DNA of 24,000 bases from an uncultured archaeon (lineage in GTDB: Archaea; Asgardarchaeota; Lokiarchaeia; Sigyniarchaeales; SOKP01), in assembly GCA_964583985.1 (NCBI GenBank), contig CAZOYD010000023.1:18887-42886 (forward strand). The letters run 5' to 3'. Positions 1 through 6,565 of this stretch are shown here, piece by piece. How positions within the stretch are numbered: position 1 is the stretch's first letter; each line of letters begins with the position of its first letter. A program made the translations under genes and the position numbers. The notes under the pieces were generated by a model. That model had not been told where the DNA came from and searched no databases. It saw only the letters and a list, made by a program, of their open reading frames with translations.

Positions 1-954
1 CACATCTGTAGTATGAACAAAATAGAGAAGTTCATCCAACTCAAATGTTAAAGAAAATGGTCCGATAAAAGGTTCATCCATTTGAAAATGTGGTTTTAAC
101 ACGAAATCTAATTCAATATCGGAACCAATAGTTATATCTATTGGTAGTTTAGGCTTTTTATTTATGGAAAGATTATCAGATAATTTGAAATGGAATTGAG
201 TAATCCTTATGCTTTGCAATTCGTTTTCAAAAAATAGATCTTTAGATAATTGATAAAGAACACCAATTTTTACTGATATGGTCATGTTTATTATATCATT
301 AGTGGTATATGAGGTTTTATCTAAAACAATCGTGGAAGTTAAATCTAAAAGGGAATTCGATATAAGTAATATTTTTTTTAACAATTTTTTTTCGATGGGA
401 GTCAATTTAAAATTCTCAACATTTTCTCTAATTTCAGCAAGTAAGACTTTATTTTTATTGCGCAATACTATCGTCAAATCAGTAACAAGTTGAATTAAAG
501 GAGAGTTTTTAAAGTAATCACCATCTACTTTTTTCTGATATTTTTTAATGAAATCAAGGCCTTCCTCTTGTTTCGATTCAATGCATGAGCATAGATAAAC
601 CAAAACTGGGAATAAAATAAAATTTATTTGTTTATCTGAATTTTTTTTTTCCTTAGATATTATATCTAATGAATCTCTATAAATTTTTTTAGCTTCAGTA
701 TAATTTTTTGCATATAGACAACAATCTCCCGCTAATCTATTGAATGACACGGCATCTTCATAATTTTCCATTTCAATTTTTGTTTGAGCTCCATGAAGAT
801 AAGATAGTTTAGCATTATCATAATCCTCCAATTTCATAAAGTTATTTCCTGCTTGGTAGAATGCTTTGCCAGATTTTTTAAATAATCGTGCTTTAAAAAA
901 ATTTTCCGCTTTTGATAACTGGTTTTGAGCTTCAGTTCTTGGATCTTTTCCCAT
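1..954 (-). CDS. hypothetical protein with N-terminal TPR/SNAP-like helical repeats (5' part of gene; ORF continues beyond left window edge)
   Basis: Absent from the ORF track because it has no stop inside the window. I checked all 318 in-frame plus-strand triplets from base 1 to the ATG (954..952) and found no tta/cta/tca. Translation starts MGKDPRTEAQNQLSKAENFFKARLFKKSGKAFYQAGNNFMKLEDYDNAKLSYLHGAQTKIEMENYEDAVSFNRLAGDCCLYAKNYTEAKKIY, with paired amphipathic helices and A/Y/G spacing like TPR/SNAP repeats. The distal part looks beta-rich and has no motif I recognise. The track ORF 278..493(+) is its antisense shadow. Confidence 0.6.
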   Translation of the reverse strand, partial: MGKDPRTEAQNQLSKAENFFKARLFKKSGKAFYQAGNNFMKLEDYDNAKLSYLHGAQTKIEMENYEDAVSFNRLAGDCCLYAKNYTEAKKIYRDSLDIISKEKKNSDKQINFILFPVLVYLCSCIESKQEEGLDFIKKYQKKVDGDYFKNSPLIQLVTDLTIVLRNKNKVLLAEIRENVENFKLTPIEKKLLKKILLISNSLLDLTSTIVLDKTSYTTNDIINMTISVKIGVLYQLSKDLFFENELQSIRITQFHFKLSDNLSINKKPKLPIDITIGSDIELDFVLKPHFQMDEPFIGPFSLTFELDELLYFVHTTDV

Positions 955-1075
955 AATGCTTTTACTTACTTCGAAATAAATTGATTAATTGTTAAATTAA
1001 GTGAAAGATCAATTTTTATCTTTTTTCAAAGTATTAAGAAAAATAAAATAAAATAAAAAAAAATTCAGAATTGGC

Positions 1076-1690
1076 TTAAAAAGCCATTAAAATTAATAGG
1101 AATCCTACCATTATGATTGTACCACTAACAGTTGATACCCAAGTAAAGATCACAAAACCAATGATGAGCACAACCCACCATGTGTAAGGAACTTTGATAT
1201 CGATTTTATCGAATAATGTTAGAAGTAAAATGATTGCAAATATAATTCCCACTATTGCAATTGCAATATATCCCCCCATAATAAACATTATTGACTCATA
1301 GATTGCCCAACATGCTCCAATTAACGTGACTATTTTAGAAGCAACATAAGTCTTATTCTGGCTTAATATCTCAATGATAGCAGCGGTAATTATTAAAATT
1401 CCTGCTAAATAAGATGGTCCTACTAAATATTCAAAGAGAATTAGTAAGCATCCAATAATTAATAGAACCCACCAAATATAAGGAATCTTTAGTTTCTTAA
1501 AATCAATGATTTCTAATGAATCGAATATCACAAAGGCAATAATCAATCCTATAACACCTAACAAAATAGCTAACCAGTACGTTGTGTAGAAATAATTAAT
1601 GCTATCTTTAATTAGAACTAATGTACCTATGAGAGCAACAACTCTGGAGGCGGTAATTCCAACTTTAGAGCTTTCACCCATATTTATCAC
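1076..1690 (-). CDS. integral membrane protein with internal tandem duplication (2 x ~95 aa, ~3 TM each)
   Basis: The 204-aa ORF is almost wholly hydrophobic. Its two halves align: ASRVVALIGT...FKKLKIPYIWWVLLIIG versus ASKIVTLIGA...KIDIKVPYTWWVVLIIG. The start is either GTG 1690 or ATG 1681. No family recognised. Confidence 0.7.
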   Translation of the reverse strand: MINMGESSKVGITASRVVALIGTLVLIKDSINYFYTTYWLAILLGVIGLIIAFVIFDSLEIIDFKKLKIPYIWWVLLIIGCLLILFEYLVGPSYLAGILIITAAIIEILSQNKTYVASKIVTLIGACWAIYESIMFIMGGYIAIAIVGIIFAIILLLTLFDKIDIKVPYTWWVVLIIGFVIFTWVSTVSGTIIMVGFLLILMAF

Positions 1691-1796
1691 TTTTTATAAA
1701 TATTATATCCTAAATCTGATTAGACTTAGAATATGAGTATAGCTAGAATTTATCGTATTTAATACTACCTATTAAAAGTTTGATAGGCTCAAACTT

Positions 1797-1842
1797 TAAA
1801 AAATTAAAAAATAATGGTTAAAACATTAACACCGAAACCATT
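1797..1842 (-). terminator. hairpin plus oligo-U tracts downstream of mvhD (putative operon terminator)
   Basis: The minus-strand RNA reads AAUGGUU-(16 nt)-AACCAUU (7-bp stem, plus coordinates 1813..1819/1836..1842). It is followed directly by AUUAUUUUUUAAUUUUUU. Oligo-T runs are the usual archaeal termination signal. Confidence 0.4.
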
Positions 1843-1846
1843 GCTT

Positions 1847-1897
1847 AATGATTAGTCTTCTTGTGACTACGGTTTTTTCACAAAAGTCATACTTATC
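1847..1897 (-). promoter_or_regulatory. candidate SECIS element (kink-turn/eukaryote-like layout) in the mvhD 3'UTR
   Basis: It begins 4 nt after the TAA stop of mvhD. The RNA reads GAUAAGU-AUGA-CUUUUGUGA-AAAAACCGUAG-UCACAAGAA-GA-CUAAUCAU. The upper helix is UUUUGUGA/UCACAAGA (8 bp including one G-U, plus one C.A mismatch). The apical loop opens with AAAAA. AUGA (1890..1887) faces GA (1857..1856), allowing tandem sheared G.A/A.G pairs. The lower helix (1890..1897 with 1854..1847) is AU-rich and imperfect. Folded by eye only. Confidence 0.45.
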
Positions 1898-1900
1898 GGT

Positions 1901-2371
1901 TTATTTCTTTTTTTTCCCTTTGACATCGTCCTTCTCTTTAATAGAGTCAGAAAGTCTCGTGGGATTGTTACCTAAATTTTCAATTACTTCTGAAATACGG
2001 GTCACTTCTTGTTGAAATCTTTGACCTTCTGCAGCACTACAGTGAAACATTTGGATTCGTTCTGGATTCAATCCCGCTGTTTTTAGGATCTCTTTGGTAT
2101 ATTCCACATTTTTCGCAGCAACGAGATTGCCAGTTTCATAATCACATTCACCTTCATATCATCCTGCGACAATAACTCCATTAGCTCCCTTTCCTATAGC
2201 CCTCATCATCAAACTTGGCGTGACTCTACCCGTACAATTGATTCTAATCGGTCTGATGGTTGCAGGATATTGTGCTCGGATGGTTCCAGCCATATCTCCT
2301 GCTCCATATCCTCATTTCCAACACATAAACGCAATAATCTTTACTTGATCTTTTACAGTCATATTTTTCAT
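1901..2371 (-). CDS. mvhD: MvhD/VhuD-type hydrogenase delta subunit (HdrA-associated [2Fe-2S] protein), selenoprotein with 2 in-frame UGA (Sec) codons
   Basis: The track lists only the C-terminal 68 aa (1901..2107). Extending in the same frame to ATG 2371..2369 gives 156 codons: MKNMTVKDQVKIIAFMCWK[U]GYGAGDMAGTIRAQYPATIRPIRINCTGRVTPSLMMRAIGKGANGVIVAG[U]YEGECDYETGNLVAAKNVEYTKEILKTAGLNPERIQMFHCSAAEG. The TGA codons are at 2314..2312 and 2161..2159. They fall where the family has Cys (F-x-C-x-W-C-x-Y-x-G-A-D and G-C-H-x-G-D-C-H-Y). The 6-nt gap to the hdrA stop reads AGAGGU, which is SD-like. Confidence 0.85.
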
Positions 2372-2377
2372 ACCTCT

Positions 2378-4348
2378 CTAAATTTCTTCAAGAATTGCAT
2401 CTATTTGAGATTCATATTGGGGTTCACGATAGTATCTAAGAGTAATAGCCTCAGAAGGACAATTAGACAAGCAAGACCCACATCCTCGACAGAGAATCTC
2501 ATCTACATCTGCACCGTCTGGTTTTAATGAAATCGCATTATAAGGACAATTTAATTCGCACAAACCACATTTTGCACATTTTTCCTTATCTACAGTAGCC
2601 CGAATCAGCATTATCCTGTATTTATCTTTTCCCATTATACGGCTTACTGATGACGCGGCAGCTCTTCCTTGGGAAATTGATTCTGAGATCGATTTAGGAC
2701 CTTGTGCTACTCCGGCTAATACAATACCAGGAATTTTTGTGTCAATTGGATTTAAACGTGAATGAAATTCCTTGAAAAAACCATCTTGACTATTTTCAAG
2801 CTTTAATAACTTTCCAATTTTCTCAACACCTTTTGCAGGCATCATTGCACAAGATAAAACCACTAAATCAAACTCGATTTCCTTTAAACCAGAACTTGAA
2901 AGAGTATTTTGCATTATCACTTTAAGATTATGGGTTTCTGGATCTTCATTAATTTTCGAAATATTCGTCCGGACGTATCTTATTCCTTCCTTCCTTGAAG
3001 CTGTATAATATTCTTCATAATCCTTCCCAGCTGCTCTAATATCCATGTATGCTACACTGATATCTGCATCGGGATAGTGTTGTTTGATTAATTTTGTATT
3101 CTTAATTGAAATCATACAACACACCCCAGCACTACAGTATGTTTGCTTATTTAAATCTCGGGATCCTACACATTGTATGAATAGTATGCGCTTTGGAGTC
3201 TTTCCATCTGATGGTCTGGCAAGATGTCCTACTGTCGGACCGTTAGGAGCAAGTAATCTTTCAAGTTTCATTTGAGTTATTACATTAGGATATACGTTAT
3301 AACCTAAATAACCCGTTTCAGGCTCATATTCATCCCAACCTGTCGCTACTATGATGGTGCCTACTTTGATTTCTATAATCTCATCTTCTTGATTAAAATC
3401 AATAGCGTTCACTTCACAAGCTTTTTCGCATAATCCACATTTGATACATCTACTCATATCAATTTGAGCTTTTGAGGGAACAGCTTGAGCAAATGACACG
3501 TAAATTGCCTTTCTAGTATTCATGCCTTCATTGAATTCATCGTATCCATAGGATGGACAAACTTCAAAACAAGCTCCACATCCATTACAATCGCTCTTTA
3601 CATACTTAGCTTTTTTTCTAATTTTCACATTAAAATTTCCAATGAATCCAGAAACATCTTCAACATTGCTGTAAGTATATAGGTTTAAATTGGGAGTTCG
3701 AGCTGCTTGAAGCATAACCGGACCGAGAATTCAAATGCTACAATCATCAGTAGGAAAAGTTCGATCGAGCATAGCCATCTTACCACCTATTGTAGGGCTT
3801 TTTTCCACGAGATGCACTTCAAATCCCTCATCGGATAAATCAATTCCAGCACTCAATCCAGAAACTCCGCCTCCAATTATTAAAGCCTTTTTTGTTATAT
3901 CAACTTCTTTTACAAGTATTTCTTCTAACAAACTGGCCCGAGCAACTCCAGATTTTATTGCATCTTCTGCGGTTTTTTGAGCCCCCACCTTATCTTGGCG
4001 ATGTACAAAACTTGCATGTTCTCGAATGTTAACAAATTCTAAAAACGAAGGATCAATATTCATAGATTCAAGAACGCTTTTGAAAACGGGTTCATGAGTT
4101 TTAGGAGTACATGATGCTACAACAAGGCGATTAGCGTTACTTTCATTCATTTTCTCTTTTATAAATTCCGCTCCTGGTTCAGTGCATAAACTGATATAAT
4201 CTGATGCATCAACCACATTAGGTAAGGTCTTGGCAAATTCAGCGAGTGCTTTAGTGTCAATGATTTCAGCAATATTAATTCCTCAAGCACAAACACTAAC
4301 AAAAATCCGTATTTCTTCAGTATTTTTTGTAATCTCTGCTTCTACCAT
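2378..4348 (-). CDS. hdrA: heterodisulfide reductase subunit A (HdrA), FAD/[4Fe-4S] flavoprotein, selenoprotein with 2 in-frame UGA (Sec) codons
   Basis: Track fragments 2378..3715 and 3731..4216, plus an unlisted N-terminus, join in one frame. The frame runs from ATG 4348..4346 through TGA 4285..4283 and TGA 3733..3731 to the TAG stop at 2380..2378, giving 656 codons. N-terminus: MVEAEITKNTEEIRIFVSVCA[U]GINIAEIID. The junction reads TFPTDDCSI[U]ILGPVMLQAA. The FAD motif is IIGGGVSGLSAG. Four CxxCxxCxxxC(P) ferredoxin motifs are present (CNGCGACFEVCP, CIKCGLCEKACE, CAKCGLCELNCP, CRGCGSCLSNCP). Confidence 0.9.
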
Positions 4349-4535
4349 TGCATATTCTACCTTTTTATTTTTTAGATATCCTCCTACATTAATTACATAA
4401 TATTTCAAAATATTTTTTACTTTTAAAATATCTTATGAGAAAAAATAATTTTAAATCAAAAATCTATTATATATCTTTTATAAGTTATCAATTTAAAAAT
4501 GGTTTGATATTAAAAAAAAATAATTCGTTTTAATA

Positions 4536-4976
4536 ATGCTATTAAATTTATTTCAAGGAACTGGGAGCGCCTCAATGGGTGAAATAATTACTTACTCACT
4601 TGTTGCTGGGGTATCATTTCTCTTTATGATATTATTTTTAAAATTAGGATTAAAAGTGGTTAAATCAAGGACTAAAAAGGGATTTAAATGGTTAGCTATA
4701 AGTATTATTATGCAATTGTTTATGGTTGCCTTGTTAGCTTCTCCATTTATTCTTATAGGATTTGCAGGGGGATTTAATGATAAAGGTCCTTCGCCAGGTT
4801 TGATAATATTCGCCATCATAATAGCAATATTTATGGATCTAAATATTATTAATATCCTTCATAAAACGGGATTGAAAAAAGCTATTTTATGTTTTTTTCT
4901 GATGATCGTTCCACTCGTATTTGGAGGTATTATTGGGTTTTTCGTGGCGCAATTTAGGTTATTTATTCCAATCTGA
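4536..4976 (+). CDS. hypothetical membrane protein (~4 TM)
   Basis: 146-aa ORF with several hydrophobic helices. It is divergent from hdrA and ends in TGA (4974..4976). No family recognised. Confidence 0.6.
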   Translation: MLLNLFQGTGSASMGEIITYSLVAGVSFLFMILFLKLGLKVVKSRTKKGFKWLAISIIMQLFMVALLASPFILIGFAGGFNDKGPSPGLIIFAIIIAIFMDLNIINILHKTGLKKAILCFFLMIVPLVFGGIIGFFVAQFRLFIPI

Positions 4977-4978
4977 AA

Positions 4979-5905
4979 TTAATGTAATTTCACCATTTTA
5001 TTTACGTCTCTATTCATCTTTTCAACTTCAAATCTTGCTGCTTTTCCGTATTGTGAAGGAGAGAACTGTTTATAATTGTTATATGCATAATTCACGTTTC
5101 TTGAAGAATTTATAATTCCACCTAAACCTTGTTTATTAAAACATGATATTATATTATCCATTTTAGCTCCTTGGGCGCCATATCCTGGCATTAAAATAAA
5201 GGCATTTTTCACTACTTTTCTAATTGCGTTCAATTCTTCTGGAAAAGTAGCACCGACAACAATACCTAAGTTATTGAAATTAGAGAACGTGGATAAATTT
5301 TTTCCCCATAAATCCACGAGTCTTGCCATTTGCATATAATTTCGTTCGAGCGTTATATTTTTAACCACTGCTTGGGTTACGGTCTTAGCAACATCTTGAA
5401 GGTTTATACTAAATAAATCTTGGAAATCTTTACTACTCGGATTTGAAGTCTTCACTAATATAAATAATCCTTTTTCAGGATATGTGTCTAAATATGGTTG
5501 AATTGAGTCAATTCCTAAATATCCATTTAAAGTGCAAGCATCCGCTTTATATTCGTTAAAAGTTGAATCAGCATAGGCTTTCGATGTTGAACCGATATCA
5601 TTACGTTTAGAATCCAATATGACTAATAAATCATTTTTATGAGCATATTTAATTGTGTCTTTTAATGCACTTATGGCACCATATTTTTCATAGAAAGCGA
5701 TTTGCGGTTTGATTACAGGAATCAAATCATACGTATTGTCAATAAGTGTTTTATTAAATTCAAATATAATTTTACTTGGATTCTTATATTCATCAATTAA
5801 ATAAGTGGGAATGTGTACTTCATTCTCCAATGATGGATCAAGTCCCATACTTACTATGCTTTTCTTCTCATATATAGATTCAATTAAATTTTCAATAAAA
5901 GTCAT
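4979..5905 (-). CDS. pyrF: orotidine 5'-phosphate decarboxylase, type 2 (long form)
   Basis: 308 aa. Motifs: SMGLDPS near the N-terminus, KPQIAFYEKYG, ILDSKRNDIGSTS (the DxKRxDIG catalytic region) and VKTSNPSS. These are typical of the type-2 PyrF family. Confidence 0.85.
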   Translation of the reverse strand: MTFIENLIESIYEKKSIVSMGLDPSLENEVHIPTYLIDEYKNPSKIIFEFNKTLIDNTYDLIPVIKPQIAFYEKYGAISALKDTIKYAHKNDLLVILDSKRNDIGSTSKAYADSTFNEYKADACTLNGYLGIDSIQPYLDTYPEKGLFILVKTSNPSSKDFQDLFSINLQDVAKTVTQAVVKNITLERNYMQMARLVDLWGKNLSTFSNFNNLGIVVGATFPEELNAIRKVVKNAFILMPGYGAQGAKMDNIISCFNKQGLGGIINSSRNVNYAYNNYKQFSPSQYGKAARFEVEKMNRDVNKMVKLH

Positions 5906-5935
5906 CTTTGTTCAAATCTTATTGTAACTTTCAAT

Positions 5936-5989
5936 AATAAATGAGAATTTTGCAAAAATAAATGAGATATATTTTAAAAATAAATGAGA
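5936..5989. repeat. three phased direct repeats AATAAATGAGA (copies 2 and 3: AAAAATAAATGAGA) upstream of pyrF
   Basis: Exact 11-mers at 5936..5946, 5957..5967 and 5979..5989, spaced 21 and 22 bp apart (about two helical turns). They lie 31-84 bp upstream of the pyrF ATG (5905). On the pyrF strand each reads TCTCATTTATT(TTT), which is TATA-like. Confidence 0.55.
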
Positions 5990-6200
5990 AAACCAAATTA
6001 ACATTCCCTTGTTTATTTTCATACAATTTTTAGAACTTAAAACCATAAATATAACCACTATTCCTTGATTTCTCAAATATCTCTTTTAATTTTATCTCAA
6101 ATAAGCAACTCTCTCATTTGATTAAATCTTTTTATTCTTATTTACTTAAAGTACTTTTCATGTATATATCTTTTTCTAAGTAGAACAATTACTCAAAACA

Positions 6201-6416
6201 TTACTCAGATATATTTACCCTTATATTTTTATTAGTAAAATTAATCTTTCCAAATACATATTCTAATAAGTCATTCCAAGAGGTAATTCCAGCATATTTC
6301 CAGTAACCCTTATATACAGCATTTACAAGGTCACTTATCCCCTTATTTGTTAGCTCGCAAATTCTTTTTATTTTAAATTGAAAAAAATCCAAGGATATAA
6401 AATGCCAAGTCTTCAA
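6201..6416 (-). CDS. small hypothetical ORF (doubtful)
   Basis: 71-aa ORF standing alone in a 660-bp intergenic stretch. No motif and no obvious SD. It may be spurious. Confidence 0.25.
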   Translation of the reverse strand: MKTWHFISLDFFQFKIKRICELTNKGISDLVNAVYKGYWKYAGITSWNDLLEYVFGKINFTNKNIRVNISE

Positions 6417-6565
6417 TAGAAATGTAAAAATATTTGTTAACTCTTTTAATTACATAGACGAATTATTTAAATAGTGATTATCGAACAATAAGCACTAAAA
6501 TTGCTGAAGTGACTTAAAAACTAGAGTAAAGGATATTAAAGATATATAAAATTAAAATTAAGATT

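Noticed and set aside
1813-1842. Second hairpin in the mvhD 3'UTR as a second SECIS (one per gene)
   Set aside because: The stem AAUGGUU/AACCAUU has no AUGA/GA core and no GAA/A bulge. It is followed directly by U-tracts, so a terminator role fits better. This cannot be excluded without a covariance model.
2108-4348. Interpreting hdrA and mvhD as pseudogenes broken by nonsense mutations (as the fragmented ORF track suggests)
   Set aside because: All fragments of each gene stay in a single frame. Every interruption is TGA, never TAA/TAG or a frameshift. Each TGA replaces a conserved Cys. Selenocysteine recoding explains this far better than decay.
5936-5989. Triple repeat as a mini-CRISPR array
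   Set aside because: There are only three copies of an 11-14-bp unit with ~8-10-bp spacers. That is far below CRISPR repeat and spacer sizes, and there are no cas genes. It is kept as a regulatory-repeat candidate instead.
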